Of a DNA stretch of 64,000 bases, positions 47,616 to 59,403 are shown one piece after another. Both the position numbers and the translations under genes were made by a program. Source of the DNA: Gemmatimonas sp. (GTDB lineage: Bacteria > Gemmatimonadota > Gemmatimonadetes > Gemmatimonadales > Gemmatimonadaceae). A model generated the notes under the pieces. That model was not told the DNA's origin. It searched no databases and was given only the letters and a program-made list of their open reading frames with translations. Location of the stretch: assembly GCA_965279375.1 (NCBI GenBank), contig OZ257156.1:4192001-4256000 (forward strand), in the 5' to 3' direction. Each line of letters opens with the position of its first letter. Position 1 is the stretch's first letter.

Positions 47616-48963
47616 CACGCCGGTGCAGCACCATACGCATCCCGTGGGTCGGCCGCAGGGTAATCAGCGGTTGCAGCGCCACGGGATGCCCGGGCACGAG
47701 TGAGGCGGTCCATCGCTGCGCCAACGTGGCCAACATGAGAATGGCTTCCGTCCACGCGAACTGCTCGCCAATGCAGATGCGCGTTCCTGCTCCAAAGGGG
47801 AAGTACGCGAACTTCGGCCGCTCTACGTTCTGCTCAGCGGCCCAGCGATCCGGATCGAAGCGCGTAGGCTCGGGCCACCACCGCGCATCACGCTGCTGCA
47901 ACCACGGCAACACGAGCACGATCGTCCCTTTGCGCAGCACGAAGTCGCCGCAGCGATAGTCTTCCAGCGCACGCCGTCCAATGGCGTACGCGGGCGGATA
48001 GAGGCGCAACGTCTCCATCACGACCTGCCGCGTGTAGCCGAGCTGTGGCAAGTCCGCGACCGTGGGTACGTGGCCCAGCGCATCGACCTCCGCGTGCAGC
48101 CGCGCCGCCACCTCCGGATGCTCGGAGAGCATGTACCACGCGAAGGTGAGCGCGTTGGCGGTGGTCTCGTGTCCGGCAAGGAATATCGTGAGCACCTCGT
48201 CGCGCAGCTGCTTGTCGTTCATGCCGGTGCCGTCCCCTTCGGCGTCGGTGGCATGCAGCAACATGGACAGCAGATCGCCTCGATCCTCGCCGCTGGCGCG
48301 ACGTGCGGCGATGATGCCGTAGATCGTTTCGTCGAGTCGCGCGCGCGCCTTGCGAAAGCGACGAGCGAACGGCAAGGGCAGACGTTCCATGAGCCCGGGG
48401 AACGGCAGCATGATCAGCGCGAACGACTCGAGCACCGTCGTGACGGCGGCCCCAATCTCGTCGGACTCTGCATCCACGTTGGCGTCGAAGAGCGTCTTGC
48501 TGACGACGGCGAGCGTGAGATGCATCATCTCCTCGTGCATGTCCACCGCGGCTTCGTCACGCCAGCCGTTGGCGGTACGCGTGGCCAGCGTCACCATCTG
48601 TTCCGCGTACGCCGCAATGCGATCGCGATGAAAAGCGGGCTGCGCGAGTCTCCGCTGCCGGAGATGAAACTCGCCCTCACTCGTGAGCAAGCCCGTTCCC
48701 ACGACGCGCTGCGCTCGCTCAAGCGCACGGCCCTTCGCGAACGAACGCTGGTGCGTGACGAGGATATCGCGAATGAGCTCCGGGTCGTTGACGATGGCCC
48801 AGCGCACGCCGGCGATCGGGAACTCGACGACATCGCCGAATTGTGCGACAGACGCTTCCATGAAGCCGAGGAAGTCGCTGCGGAATCGACGCAGGAGCTC
48901 GCCCGGATAGCGTCGACGAGGACCGGGCGGATGCATCACGGGCGCGTTGGGTGCGTGAGTCAT
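47590..48963 (-). CDS. cytochrome P450
   Basis: [29 protein letters not shown] heme-thiolate motif. Confidence 0.95.
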   Translation of the reverse strand: MTHAPNAPVMHPPGPRRRYPGELLRRFRSDFLGFMEASVAQFGDVVEFPIAGVRWAIVNDPELIRDILVTHQRSFAKGRALERAQRVVGTGLLTSEGEFHLRQRRLAQPAFHRDRIAAYAEQMVTLATRTANGWRDEAAVDMHEEMMHLTLAVVSKTLFDANVDAESDEIGAAVTTVLESFALIMLPFPGLMERLPLPFARRFRKARARLDETIYGIIAARRASGEDRGDLLSMLLHATDAEGDGTGMNDKQLRDEVLTIFLAGHETTANALTFAWYMLSEHPEVAARLHAEVDALGHVPTVADLPQLGYTRQVVMETLRLYPPAYAIGRRALEDYRCGDFVLRKGTIVLVLPWLQQRDARWWPEPTRFDPDRWAAEQNVERPKFAYFPFGAGTRICIGEQFAWTEAILMLATLAQRWTASLVPGHPVALQPLITLRPTHGMRMVLHRRATSSSMSP

Positions 48964-49093
48964 GCGTGAAACAAGAAGCGAGAACGGTGTCTCTGGCAAG
49001 GCGCGCGTTTGGCGATACCTTGCGATGGAGAAGACACCAGCGCCAGATACCTCCCGAAAGCCTCACTCAAGCGTCTCTCGATGGAACCGTCGA

Positions 49094-50803
49094 ATGGATA
49101 AGTCGAAGCTGCCAAGCCGCCATGCCACCGTTGGCCCGGAGCGTGCGCCGCATCGCGCGTTCTACTACGCGATGGGGCTCTCGGCCGAAGAGATTCAGCA
49201 GCCGATCATCGGCGTGGTGTCGAGCTGGAACGAGGCTGCGCCGTGCAACATCGCGCTCAAGCGACAGGCGGAAGCAGCCAAGATCGGTGTGAAGAGTGCG
49301 GGCGGGACGCCGCGTGAGTTCACGACCATCACCGTGACCGACGGTATCGCGATGGGGCACGCGGGAATGAAGTCATCGCTCGTGAGTCGCGAAACGATCG
49401 CTGACTCCATTGAGCTGACGGTGCGCGGCCACTGCTACGACGGCCTGGTCGGCATTGCAGGATGCGACAAGACGCTCCCTGGCCTGATGATGGCGATGCT
49501 GCGCCTCAACGTGCCGTCGGTCTTTCTCTACGGCGGCTCGATTCTGCCGGGACGCTTCCACAACAAGGACGTGACCGTGCTGGACGTCTTCGAAGGCGTC
49601 GGCTCGTACGGCGCGGGGAAGATGTCGCTTGAAGAACTGACCGCTCTGGAGAAGGTGGCCTGTCCGGGTGCGGGCTCGTGCGGCGGGCAGTACACCGCCA
49701 ACAGCATGGCGTACGTAAGCGAGGCGATCGGGCTCGCGCTCCCCGGATCGGCGAGTCCGCCGGCCGCGTGGGAAACCCGCGACAGCTATGCAGAGCGCTC
49801 CGGCGCGGCGGTGATGCGGCTGATGCAGCATGGCCCTCGGCCGCGCGACATCGTCACCCGCAAGGCGCTCGAGAATGCGGCGGCTGTGGTGGCCGCGACG
49901 GGCGGATCGACTAACGCCACGTTGCATTTGCCGGCGATGGCCCATGAAGCCGGTATCGCCTTCGACCTGTTCGACGTGGCTGAGGTGTTCGCGCGCACGC
50001 CGCTGATCGCCGACCTCAAGCCAGGCGGGCGCTATCTGGCGAAGGATGTGCACGACATCGGCGGGGCGTCGATCATTCTCAAGGCGTTGCTGGATGGAGG
50101 GTTCCTGCACGGCGACTGCATCACGGTGACAGGCAAGACCATCGCAGAAGATCTGGCCGACGTGGTGATGCCGACCGGACAGGACGTGGTGATGCCGGTG
50201 TCGCGCGCGATTTCGCCGACGGGCGGACTGGTGGGCATGCGCGGCAATCTCGCGCCCGACGGTGCCGTGGTGAAAGTCGCGGGACTGCACACGCGGCAGT
50301 TCACCGGGCCGGCGCGCTGCTTCGACTCCGAGGAGGAGGCGTTCGCGGCGGTGATGGAAAAGCGCTACGCAGCCGGCGACGTGCTGGTGATTCGCTACGA
50401 GGGACCGCGCGGCGGCCCCGGCATGCGTGAGATGCTGTCCACCACCTCGGCCATCTACGGACAGGGGATGGGCGATCAGGTCGCGCTCATCACTGACGGG
50501 CGATTCAGCGGGGCAACGCGTGGGCTGTGCATCGGGCATGTGGGGCCGGAGGCAGCGGTGGGCGGGCCCATCGGCTTGCTGCGCGACGGGGACTTCATCG
50601 ACATCGATGCGGACGCCGGCACGATGTCGGTACGCCTATCTGAATCAGATTTCGCCGAGCGTCGCGAGGCGTGGGTGCCGAGGCAGCACGACTTTCAGTC
50701 GGGGGCCATTTGGCGCTACGCGCAGACGGTGAGTCAGGCGCGCTATGGCGCGGTGGTTCATCCCGGGGGGGTTGCGGAAACGCACTGCTATGCCGATGCT
50801 TGA
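49094..50803 (+). CDS. ilvD: dihydroxy-acid dehydratase
   Basis: [53 protein letters not shown]. Alternative start 49025. Confidence 0.95.
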   Translation: MDKSKLPSRHATVGPERAPHRAFYYAMGLSAEEIQQPIIGVVSSWNEAAPCNIALKRQAEAAKIGVKSAGGTPREFTTITVTDGIAMGHAGMKSSLVSRETIADSIELTVRGHCYDGLVGIAGCDKTLPGLMMAMLRLNVPSVFLYGGSILPGRFHNKDVTVLDVFEGVGSYGAGKMSLEELTALEKVACPGAGSCGGQYTANSMAYVSEAIGLALPGSASPPAAWETRDSYAERSGAAVMRLMQHGPRPRDIVTRKALENAAAVVAATGGSTNATLHLPAMAHEAGIAFDLFDVAEVFARTPLIADLKPGGRYLAKDVHDIGGASIILKALLDGGFLHGDCITVTGKTIAEDLADVVMPTGQDVVMPVSRAISPTGGLVGMRGNLAPDGAVVKVAGLHTRQFTGPARCFDSEEEAFAAVMEKRYAAGDVLVIRYEGPRGGPGMREMLSTTSAIYGQGMGDQVALITDGRFSGATRGLCIGHVGPEAAVGGPIGLLRDGDFIDIDADAGTMSVRLSESDFAERREAWVPRQHDFQSGAIWRYAQTVSQARYGAVVHPGGVAETHCYADA

Positions 50804-50905
50804 GGGGCGACCTGTTACCCGCAGTGTGACGGTTCGTCTTTAACGCGTGACGGACGGGGACAGCCCCGCCGATCATGCCGGTTCGCCAAACGACTTGCCC
50901 ATCTG

Positions 50906-51037
50906 ATGCTCGCTTCGTTCGCGCAGTCCCGACTTCTTCTCAGCCTTATTCCCGTCGTCGCGACGATTCTCGTCGCGTCGATTCTTATCGTACGCGTACT
51001 TAGCGTTCGGGAGCAGGGCAAGACAGTCGCGATGTAA
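50906..51037 (+). CDS. ilv/leu operon leader peptide (43 aa)
   Basis: MLASFAQSRLLLSLIPVVATILVASILIVRVLSVREQGKTVAM*; 19 of 43 residues are Leu/Ile/Val, many on AT-ending codons; lies directly before the attenuator hairpins. Confidence 0.78.
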   Translation: MLASFAQSRLLLSLIPVVATILVASILIVRVLSVREQGKTVAM

Positions 51038-51125
51038 CGCGCAACCTGCCCCTCCCGAGATCACTCGGAGGGGCATCCTTGGCGAATGACGACAAGGCTC
51101 CCTCCGGGTTCGGAGGGGGCCTTTC
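51006..51125 (+). promoter_or_regulatory. transcription attenuator (alternative hairpins plus intrinsic terminator 51094-51125)
   Basis: TGCCCCTCCCGAG/CTCGGAGGGGCA hairpin and AAGGCTCCCTCCG-ggtt-CGGAGGGGGCCTTT terminator, with mutually complementary arms. Confidence 0.8.
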
Positions 51126-51142
51126 TCGTTCTCCAGGCCTCC

Positions 51143-52939
51143 ATGTCACACGTCGCACGCGGTACAGGACCGACATCGACAGCAGCAGCGACCGCCCGAG
51201 CTCTGGCGGCCCGCGACGCGAATCCGGCGCTGCGCACCGGCGCACAGATCATGTGCGAGGCGCTCATTCGCGAAGGCGTCTCGGTGATGTTCGGAATTCC
51301 AGGCGGCTGCATCATGCCGTTCTACCATGCGATGTACGAGTACCGCACCGCGCTGCGCCACGTGCTCTGTCGCCATGAGCAGGGCGCTGGACATGCCGCC
51401 GAGGGGTACGCCCGGGCCACCGGACAAGTGGGTGTCTGCATCGGAACGAGCGGGCCGGGCGCAACGAATCTGGTGACGCCGATTGCCGACGCGTGGATGG
51501 ACGGCACGCCGTTGGTGGCCATCACGGGTCAGGTGCCGAGCACCCTGCTGGGTACCGATGCGTTTCAGGAGACCGACATCACCGGCATCACGGTGCCGAT
51601 CACGAAGCACAACTTTCTCGTGAGCGATCCGAGCGAGTTGACGCGCGTCTTCCGCGAAGCCTTTCACATCGCGCGCACCGGGCGCCCCGGTCCCGTCTTG
51701 ATCGACATCACCAAGGACGCGCAGCTGGCGCGGCTGGTGCCCGATTGGGATGTCGCGATGGACCTGCCGGGCTACCGCCCCGCGTCGCACAAGAGTGCGG
51801 TGCGCGCAGAGTTGATGGATGCAACCGTGCGCTTGTTGCAGCACGCCGAACGTCCGCTGATCCTCGCCGGCAACGGTGTGATTCAGGGCGCCGCGACGAA
51901 CGAACTGCGTGCGCTGGCCGAGCAGACAGGGATTCCTGTGGTGACGACGTTGCAGGGGCTGGGCGCGATGCCGCACGATCATCCGCTGGCGTTGGGGATG
52001 CCCGGCATGCACGGCTGGGTGCATGTGAATCGCGCGATTCAGGCGTGCGACGTGTTGCTCAATGTCGGCAGCCGCTTCGACGATCGCGTGACGGGCAAGG
52101 CGAGCAGCTTTGCGCCGCACGCCAAGATCATTCACATCGACATCGACGCTGCTGAAATCGGCAAGCTGGTGCACACCGACGTCGCCATCGTGAGCGACTG
52201 CAAGCCCGTGCTCGAAACGCTGCTTGCCGCCATGCCGGCCGGTGACACGGGCACGCGCGCCGCGTGGCGCGACACGATCGCAGCGATGCGTACCGAGCAT
52301 CTGCCACGACAGGGGTATGTGCGCCGCGACCGAACCGCGCCGCTGATGCCGCACGATGTGTTCGATGCGATGAATGCGTCCTTCCGCACCCGTCAGGATT
52401 GGCGCGTGGTGACCGATGTGGGTCAGCACCAGATGTGGGCCGCGCAGCTGCTCGACTGGAGTCGGCCGCGCACGCACATCACGAGCGGCGGCGCCGGCAC
52501 GATGGGATTCTCGCTCCCTGCCGCCATGGGTGCCGCCATCGCCGATCCGGAGCGCACGATCTGGGTGGTGGTGGGCGACGGCGGCTTTCAGATGACTGCC
52601 TGCGAGCTGGCCACGATCGCGCAGGAAGGACTCACCAATCTCAAGGTCGCCGTGGTCAACAACGGCTACCTCGGCATGGTGCGGCAGTGGCAGCAGCTCT
52701 TTGAAGGACGCCGCTACAGCGGCACGCCATTGACCGGTCCCGACTTCGCGAAGCTCGCAGAAGCGCACGGGCTGCGTGGCATGACCGTCGATCGCGTGGA
52801 GGATGCGCCATCCGCGATCGCTGCCGCATGGACACATGACGGATGTGTCGTGATCGATTTCCGCGTCGAGCGGGAAGCAAATGTGTTTCCGATGGTCCCC
52901 GCCGGTCGCGCGATCGGCGAGATGATGGTGGCCGAGTAG
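51143..52939 (+). CDS. ilvB: acetolactate synthase large subunit
   Basis: FGIPGG, RHEQGAGHAAEGYAR, TSGPGATN, DVGQHQMW, GDGGFQM, NNGYLGMVRQWQ. Confidence 0.96.
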   Translation: MSHVARGTGPTSTAAATARALAARDANPALRTGAQIMCEALIREGVSVMFGIPGGCIMPFYHAMYEYRTALRHVLCRHEQGAGHAAEGYARATGQVGVCIGTSGPGATNLVTPIADAWMDGTPLVAITGQVPSTLLGTDAFQETDITGITVPITKHNFLVSDPSELTRVFREAFHIARTGRPGPVLIDITKDAQLARLVPDWDVAMDLPGYRPASHKSAVRAELMDATVRLLQHAERPLILAGNGVIQGAATNELRALAEQTGIPVVTTLQGLGAMPHDHPLALGMPGMHGWVHVNRAIQACDVLLNVGSRFDDRVTGKASSFAPHAKIIHIDIDAAEIGKLVHTDVAIVSDCKPVLETLLAAMPAGDTGTRAAWRDTIAAMRTEHLPRQGYVRRDRTAPLMPHDVFDAMNASFRTRQDWRVVTDVGQHQMWAAQLLDWSRPRTHITSGGAGTMGFSLPAAMGAAIADPERTIWVVVGDGGFQMTACELATIAQEGLTNLKVAVVNNGYLGMVRQWQQLFEGRRYSGTPLTGPDFAKLAEAHGLRGMTVDRVEDAPSAIAAAWTHDGCVVIDFRVEREANVFPMVPAGRAIGEMMVAE

Positions 52940-52974
52940 CTCCGAGTCTTCTTCCCTTCTTCACGAGTCTTCTG

Positions 52975-53523
52975 ATGTCACAGCACACGCTTATCGCTCT
53001 CCTGCAGGATCGTCCCGGCGTGCTCCATCGCACGGTCACGCTGCTCCGTCGCCGAGGCTTCAACATTGCCTCGCTCGCCGTCGGGCGGAGCGAAGTGCCC
53101 GGCATCAGCCGCATGACGCTTGTGGTGGATGCCAGCGATGCGACCCAGGTGGTCAGCCAGCTCGATCGGTTGGTGGAAGTGATCGGGGTGACCGATGTGA
53201 CGCATGAGGATTCGGTGCAGCGCGAGACTGCGCTGGCGAAGATCGTCGCGTCGCCATCGCGACTCGCGCAGCTGGTGGAGATCGTGATGGAAAAGGGCGC
53301 TCGTGTGCTGCACACCGGGGATCACGAGATGATCGTGGAAATCACCGACACGCCGGAGCGCGTGGAGCTGTTCATCGCATTCATCCGCCCGGAAGGGCTG
53401 GCGGAGCTGATGCGGACCGGCCGTCTCGCGATGATGCGCGGCCGCACCCCCACTCGCCTGGAGGCCCCGGCGCACTACCGCGACCAGGCCGACGGCGCCC
53501 CACATGAGGAAGTTGCCGCATGA
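52975..53523 (+). CDS. ilvN: acetolactate synthase small regulatory subunit
   Basis: DRPGVL..., [26 protein letters not shown]. Confidence 0.93.
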   Translation: MSQHTLIALLQDRPGVLHRTVTLLRRRGFNIASLAVGRSEVPGISRMTLVVDASDATQVVSQLDRLVEVIGVTDVTHEDSVQRETALAKIVASPSRLAQLVEIVMEKGARVLHTGDHEMIVEITDTPERVELFIAFIRPEGLAELMRTGRLAMMRGRTPTRLEAPAHYRDQADGAPHEEVAA

Positions 53524-54572
53524 CCACACGCGTCTACTACGATCGTGATGCCGATGCCTCGCGCCTGAACGGGCGCCCCATCGCGATCATCGGATACGGT
53601 AGCCAGGGTCATGCGCACGCGCTCAACCTGCGCGACAGCGGCTGCGATGTGCGCGTGGGGCTGCGCGAGGGCTCCAAGAGTTGGGCGGCGGCGGTAGCGG
53701 CCGGCGTGCGCGTGTGCACGGTGGCACAGGCGGCGGCAGAGGCACAGCTCATCATGATGCTTGCGCCGGATACCGAGCAGCGGAGCATCTACGAGCGCGA
53801 CATTCGCAACTCGCTGACGCCGGGCAAGACGCTGCTGTTTGCGCACGGCTTCAACATTCATTTCAACCTCATCGATCCGCCGGCTGGCGTGGACGTCGCG
53901 TTGATCGCGCCCAAGTCGCCCGGACATCGCGTGCGTGAGCTGTACATCGACGGTGGCGGCGTGCCGGGGCTCATCGCGGTCCATCGCGACGCCAGCGGCA
54001 ATGCGCGCGCCGATGCGATGGCCTACGCGCGTGCAATCGGTTGCACGCGTGCGGGCGTGATCGAGACGTCGTTCGCTGAAGAGACGGAGACGGATCTATT
54101 TGGCGAGCAGGCTGTGTTGTGCGGCGGTGTGTCGGCGCTGGTGAAGGCCGGCTTCGAAACGCTGGTGGAAGCGGGCTATCAGCCAGAGATGGCGTACTTC
54201 GAGTGCCTGCACGAGCTCAAGCTGATCGTGGACCTGATGTATCAAGGTGGCCTCAACTACATGCGCTACTCGGTGTCCGACACGGCCGAACATGGCGACT
54301 ACACGGCGGGCCCGCGCATCGTCACGTCGGCAACGAAGGACGCGATGCGACAGCTCCTCGCGGAGATCAAGGATGGCACATTCGCTCGGCAGTGGGTGGC
54401 GGAGAACGAGGCGGGACGTCCCAACTTCACCGCCAATCGTCGTGCCGACATGGATCATCCGATCGAGCAGGTCGGTGTGCGGCTGCGCGAGTTGATGCCG
54501 TTTCTGAACGCCAAGGTAGTGCGCCCGGATACCGGAGCGGTATCGAGTCCCGTATCAGCGGGCGCTGTATGA
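53520..54572 (+). CDS. ilvC: ketol-acid reductoisomerase
   Basis: [50 protein letters not shown]. Confidence 0.97.
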   Translation: MTTRVYYDRDADASRLNGRPIAIIGYGSQGHAHALNLRDSGCDVRVGLREGSKSWAAAVAAGVRVCTVAQAAAEAQLIMMLAPDTEQRSIYERDIRNSLTPGKTLLFAHGFNIHFNLIDPPAGVDVALIAPKSPGHRVRELYIDGGGVPGLIAVHRDASGNARADAMAYARAIGCTRAGVIETSFAEETETDLFGEQAVLCGGVSALVKAGFETLVEAGYQPEMAYFECLHELKLIVDLMYQGGLNYMRYSVSDTAEHGDYTAGPRIVTSATKDAMRQLLAEIKDGTFARQWVAENEAGRPNFTANRRADMDHPIEQVGVRLRELMPFLNAKVVRPDTGAVSSPVSAGAV

Positions 54573-56197
54573 GCAGCGACATCGTACGCATCTTCGACAC
54601 AACGTTACGCGATGGCGAGCAGGCCCCGGGTTGCTCGATGACAGTTGAAGAGAAGCGCCAGGTCGCGCGGCAACTCGCGCGACTTGGTGTGGATGTGATC
54701 GAGGCGGGCTTTCCGGCCGCCTCGCCAGGCGACTGGGATGCGGTCCGCGCGATCGCGGCCGATGCGTACGACTGGCCAACGGCACCCACCATTTGCGGTT
54801 TGGCTCGTGCGACACAGAAAGACATCGAGGCGGCGGCAACAGCACTGGCCGGCGCACCGAGCTATCGCATCCACACGTTTCTGGCCACGTCCGATGTGCA
54901 TCTGCAGTACAAGCTGCAGATGTCGCGCGAGCAGGTGCTGCGCCGCGTGCTGGAGATGGTCGGCTACGCGGCGTCCTTCACGCGCGACGTCGAGTTCTCT
55001 CCGGAAGATGCGTCGCGTAGTGATGCAGGCTTCTTGCATGAAGTGTTGCGCACGGCGATCGAAGCCGGCGCGACGACGATCAACATCCCTGACACCGTCG
55101 GGTACAGCACGCCGGATGAGTACTTCGCGCTGATTTCGGGCATTCGCGAACACGTGGTTGGTTTGCGCGCGGTGACGATCTCCACGCACTGTCATGATGA
55201 TCTGGGGCTCGCGGTGGCCAACTCGCTGGCCGGTGTGCAGGCGGGTGCGCGTCAGATCGAATGCACCATCAATGGCATTGGCGAGCGAGCGGGCAACGCC
55301 GCGCTGGAAGAAGTAGTGATGGCGCTGCGCACGCGTCACGCGCGCTACAACGCGGACACGAACGTGCGCACGGCGGAGATCGGACGCGCATCGCGTTTGG
55401 TATCGCGCTGCACGAGCGTGCGCGTGCCGCCCAACAAGGCGATCGTTGGCGCGAATGCGTTCGCGCACGAGGCGGGAATCCATCAGGATGGGATGCTCAA
55501 GAATCGTGAGACGTACGAGATCATGCACGCCGAAACCGTCGGACTCGAGGGCGGACGGCTGGTGCTGGGCAAGCATTCCGGGCGCGCCGCGCTGCGTGCC
55601 CATCTGGCCACACTGGGCCATGCGTTGAGCGATGCGGAAACGGACGCGGTCTTCGCCAAGTTCAAGGAAGTCGCCGATCGCAAGAAGGTGGTGGACGATC
55701 GCGAGCTGGAGGCAATTGTCGCCGGCGAGACCAAGCGCGGCAGCGTGACGTACACACTCGAGCTGGTGCAGGTGTCGTGTGGCACGCACGCGATTCCCAC
55801 CGCGACGGTGAAGTTGCGCGGCCCCGACGAGAAAGAGTTGGTGGCGGCAGCACAGGGCGATGGCCCGGTCGATGCGGTCTGTCGCGCGATCAACGATTGT
55901 GTCGGCGACGTGGGCGAGCTGATCGAGTTTGCCGTGGATGCCGCTGCTGAAGGAATCAACGCCGTTGGAGGCGTTTCGATCCGGTTGCGCGAACGCGCGT
56001 CGCACGCGCAGGGCACGTCGCCCGCGGACTCAACGCCGGGCACGACCAGCGAAGGCCATGCGTCCGAGTCGTTGCACACGGCCAGCGGATTCGGCGTGCA
56101 CACGGACATCATCGTGGCCACGGCTGAAGCGTATGTTGCTGCGGTGAATGGTCTCGTGCGAGCCCGCGCGCGTGCGATGCAGGAGGCCGCCGCATGA
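54569..56197 (+). CDS. leuA: 2-isopropylmalate synthase
   Basis: [46 protein letters not shown]. Confidence 0.96.
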   Translation: MSSDIVRIFDTTLRDGEQAPGCSMTVEEKRQVARQLARLGVDVIEAGFPAASPGDWDAVRAIAADAYDWPTAPTICGLARATQKDIEAAATALAGAPSYRIHTFLATSDVHLQYKLQMSREQVLRRVLEMVGYAASFTRDVEFSPEDASRSDAGFLHEVLRTAIEAGATTINIPDTVGYSTPDEYFALISGIREHVVGLRAVTISTHCHDDLGLAVANSLAGVQAGARQIECTINGIGERAGNAALEEVVMALRTRHARYNADTNVRTAEIGRASRLVSRCTSVRVPPNKAIVGANAFAHEAGIHQDGMLKNRETYEIMHAETVGLEGGRLVLGKHSGRAALRAHLATLGHALSDAETDAVFAKFKEVADRKKVVDDRELEAIVAGETKRGSVTYTLELVQVSCGTHAIPTATVKLRGPDEKELVAAAQGDGPVDAVCRAINDCVGDVGELIEFAVDAAAEGINAVGGVSIRLRERASHAQGTSPADSTPGTTSEGHASESLHTASGFGVHTDIIVATAEAYVAAVNGLVRARARAMQEAAA

Positions 56198-57597
56198 GCG
56201 CGCCACGCACTCTCTTTGACAAGGTGTGGGACTCGCACGTGGTTCGCGCCGGCACCGCGGATTCGCCGGCGGTGCTGTACGTCGATCTGCATCTCGTGCA
56301 CGAAGTCACATCGCCGCAGGCGTTCACGGTACTGCGCGAACGCGGACTGCGGGTGCATCGCCCGGATCGCACGGTGGCGACGATGGACCATTCGACGCCC
56401 ACCGTTCTCACCGCTGGACGCCTCGCCGTCACCGACGCGGCGGCGGGCAAGCAGCTCGACGCGCTGGCCCGGAACTGTGCCGACTTTGGCGTGCCACTCT
56501 ACGGAATGGACAACGAGCGGCGTGGCATCGTGCACGTGATCGGTCCGGAGCTCGGGCGCACGCAACCCGGCATGACGATCGTCTGCGGCGACAGCCACAC
56601 GAGCACGCACGGGGCCTTCGGTGCGCTCGCCTTTGGCATTGGCACGAGTGAAGTCGGGCACGTGCTGGCCACGCAATGCTTGCTGCAGTCGCGTCCCAAG
56701 ACGATGGAAGTGCGCGTGGACGGTGCGCTGAATCCCGGCGTGTCGGCCAAGGATCTCATTCTGGCGATCATCGCACAGATCGGCGTTGGCGGCGGCACCG
56801 GACACGTCATCGAGTACCGCGGCGAAGCGATCCGGGCGCTCGACATGGAAGGACGCATGACGGTGTGCAACATGAGCATCGAGGCGGGCGCGCGTGCCGG
56901 TATGATCGCGCCGGACGACACGACGTTCGCGTGGCTGGCCGGGCGTGAGTTCGCTCCCAGCGGCGACGAGTGGAACGCCGCAGTGGCGCAGTGGCGAACG
57001 CTGCACACCGATGAGGGCGCCACCTTCGATCGCAGCGTCGTCATCGACGCCTCCAAACTCGCGCCGATGATCACGTGGGGCACCAACCCGGGCATGGCGA
57101 TCGCCGTCGATTCGCATGTACCCGATGCAACACCGGAGAACGACCCCGCGCTCTCGCGTGCATACGCCTACATGGGGCTCGCGCCCGGGCAGCGCATCCT
57201 GGGACAGCGGGTCGATGTCGTCTTCGTAGGCAGCTGTACCAACGGCCGCATTGATGACCTGCGGGCAGCCGCCGGCGTGATGAAGGGACGTCGCGTGGCG
57301 TCCAATACGCGTATGCTTGTGGTGCCCGGATCGCAGCGCGTCAAACGCCAGGCAGAGCGTGAAGGCTTGGCGGATATTTTTCGCGAGGCGGGCGCCGAGT
57401 GGCGCGAGAGTGGTTGTTCGATGTGTATCGCGATGAACGGAGATTCCGTGCAGTCGGGTCAGTACGCCGTGAGCACGAGCAATCGCAACTTCGAGGGGCG
57501 CCAGGGTAAGGGCGCGCGCACGCTGCTCGCCTCGCCACTCACTGCCGCAGCGTCCGCCGTCGCTGGCGCCATCGCCGACCCACGGAGCCTGCTATGA
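56194..57597 (+). CDS. leuC: 3-isopropylmalate dehydratase large subunit
   Basis: [43 protein letters not shown]. Confidence 0.97.
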   Translation: MSAPRTLFDKVWDSHVVRAGTADSPAVLYVDLHLVHEVTSPQAFTVLRERGLRVHRPDRTVATMDHSTPTVLTAGRLAVTDAAAGKQLDALARNCADFGVPLYGMDNERRGIVHVIGPELGRTQPGMTIVCGDSHTSTHGAFGALAFGIGTSEVGHVLATQCLLQSRPKTMEVRVDGALNPGVSAKDLILAIIAQIGVGGGTGHVIEYRGEAIRALDMEGRMTVCNMSIEAGARAGMIAPDDTTFAWLAGREFAPSGDEWNAAVAQWRTLHTDEGATFDRSVVIDASKLAPMITWGTNPGMAIAVDSHVPDATPENDPALSRAYAYMGLAPGQRILGQRVDVVFVGSCTNGRIDDLRAAAGVMKGRRVASNTRMLVVPGSQRVKRQAEREGLADIFREAGAEWRESGCSMCIAMNGDSVQSGQYAVSTSNRNFEGRQGKGARTLLASPLTAAASAVAGAIADPRSLL

Positions 57598-58187
57598 GCG
57601 CGCCGTGGACACCGCTCACGTCGCATGCCGTACTGGTCTCGCGCGACGACATCGACACCGACCAGATCATCCCCGCGCGCTTTCTCACCACCACCTCGCG
57701 CAGTGGACTCGGCACGCACCTCTTCTCCGATTGGCGCTACGACGCAATGGGGACACCGCGGTCCGAATTCGCCCTGAATGCGACGGCTTCGAAGGGCGCG
57801 CAGATTCTCGTGGGTGGGCAGAACTTCGGCTGTGGTTCCAGTCGGGAGCACGCACCGTGGGCGTTGAGCGATTGGGGACTGCGGGCGGTGATTGCCGGCT
57901 CGTTCGCAGACATCTTCCGGTCGAACGCTCACAAGAACGGATTGCTGACCATCGCGCTCGATGCCGCCACGCTCGCGTCGCTGCACGCAGCGATCGCGCG
58001 CGATCCCTCGACCAGCATCACAGTGGATCTTCCGGCACAGCGCGTGCACCTTCCCAACAACGTGACCGCCACCTTCTCCATCGATCCCTTCAGCAAGCGG
58101 TGCCTCATCGACGGCCTCGACGAGCTCGGCGCGCTGTTGGCTGAATTGCCCACTATCGAAGCGTGGGAGGACGCATGCGCGCGCTGA
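57594..58187 (+). CDS. leuD: 3-isopropylmalate dehydratase small subunit
   Basis: [34 protein letters not shown]. Confidence 0.97.
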   Translation: MSAPWTPLTSHAVLVSRDDIDTDQIIPARFLTTTSRSGLGTHLFSDWRYDAMGTPRSEFALNATASKGAQILVGGQNFGCGSSREHAPWALSDWGLRAVIAGSFADIFRSNAHKNGLLTIALDAATLASLHAAIARDPSTSITVDLPAQRVHLPNNVTATFSIDPFSKRCLIDGLDELGALLAELPTIEAWEDACAR

Positions 58188-59281
58188 TTGCCGTGTTGCC
58201 GGGAGATGGTGTTGGTCCGGAGGTCACGGCGCAGGCGGTACGTGTGCTGCGCGATGTGGGCGAGCGAGGCGGGCACGAGTTCCGCTTTCACGAAGGGCTG
58301 ATCGGCGGAATCGCAATCGATCAGACATTCGATCCGCTCCCCGAGGCCACGCGTAACCTGGTCGGCGAGGCGGACGCCGTGCTGCTGGGCGCGGTGGGTG
58401 GACCACGTTGGAGCGATCCGTCGGCACTGGTCCGCCCTGAACAAGGATTGCTTGCGTTGCGCGGACTGCTCGGCGTGTTCGCCAACTTGCGACCCGTGCG
58501 CGTGCATCCAGCGCTCGCCGCGTCGGCACCCCTCAAGGCAGAGCTGCTCGAGAACGTGGACGTGCTCTTCGTGCGCGAGCTCACGGGCGGGCTCTACTTC
58601 GGCGACAAGACACACGAGCGCGACAGCGCAGGACGTTCAGTGTCCGCGTCAGACTTGTGCGTCTATTCGGCCGAGGAAGTCGCGCGCGTGGTGCGCGTAG
58701 CAGCCACGATCGCGCGCGGGCGCAAGAAGCATCTGCTCTCCGTCGACAAGTCCAACGTGCTCGCAACCTCACGGCTCTGGCGCGAGATCACCTCGCGGGT
58801 GATTCGCGAAGAGTTTCCCGACGTGACGCTCGAGCATGCGCTGGTTGACTCATTCGCGATGCAGCTGTTGCAGGCGCCAGCGCGCTACGATGTGGTCGTG
58901 ACCGAGAACCTGTTCGGCGACATTCTCACCGATGAAGCGGCGGTATTGGCCGGGTCCATCGGTGTGTTGCCCTCGGCGTCGATCGGCGAGGAGCCGCTCA
59001 ACGGGCATCGACGGGGCCTGTACGAACCCATCCACGGCTCGGCGCCGGACATCGCAGGGCGCGGCATCGCCAACCCGGCCGGTGCCGTTCTCAGCGCGGC
59101 GTTGTTGCTGCGGCACAGCCTCGGCCTGGAGGATGAGGCCGCGGCCATCGAGCATGCGGTGTTCGACGCCATCGCCGAGGGGTGGCGTACGGCCGACTGC
59201 GTTGCGCAGGGTGGGTCGCCGTGCTCGACGGCGGAGTTTGGGGACGCCGTGCTGGCGCGGCTGGCGGCGGCGGTCGGCTAG
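58175..59281 (+). CDS. leuB: 3-isopropylmalate dehydrogenase
   Basis: LPGDGVGPEV, RPEQGLL, NLRP, RELTGGLYFG, NLFGDILTDEA, YEPIHGSAPDIAG. Confidence 0.97.
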   Translation: MRALIAVLPGDGVGPEVTAQAVRVLRDVGERGGHEFRFHEGLIGGIAIDQTFDPLPEATRNLVGEADAVLLGAVGGPRWSDPSALVRPEQGLLALRGLLGVFANLRPVRVHPALAASAPLKAELLENVDVLFVRELTGGLYFGDKTHERDSAGRSVSASDLCVYSAEEVARVVRVAATIARGRKKHLLSVDKSNVLATSRLWREITSRVIREEFPDVTLEHALVDSFAMQLLQAPARYDVVVTENLFGDILTDEAAVLAGSIGVLPSASIGEEPLNGHRRGLYEPIHGSAPDIAGRGIANPAGAVLSAALLLRHSLGLEDEAAAIEHAVFDAIAEGWRTADCVAQGGSPCSTAEFGDAVLARLAAAVG

Positions 59282-59403
59282 GCAGGCGAGGGGCTCGGCG
59301 GGGGGAGCACTTCCGAGCAGGAGTCACGGGGCGCACCTTCTCCCCTGCGCCCCGCTGGGGCGATGGGCATCCGCCCGTGATTCCTTCAGCCGACGACCTG
59401 ACC

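Noticed and set aside
52940..52974. Direct repeat CGAGTCTTCT x2 and no Shine-Dalgarno before ilvN
   Set aside because: Short. Several genes here have pyrimidine-rich, SD-less upstream regions, so it is not distinctive.
59325..59354. Hairpin CGGGGCGCA...TGCGCCCCG after leuB
   Set aside because: No U-tract and no second copy seen; probably an ordinary operon-end stem
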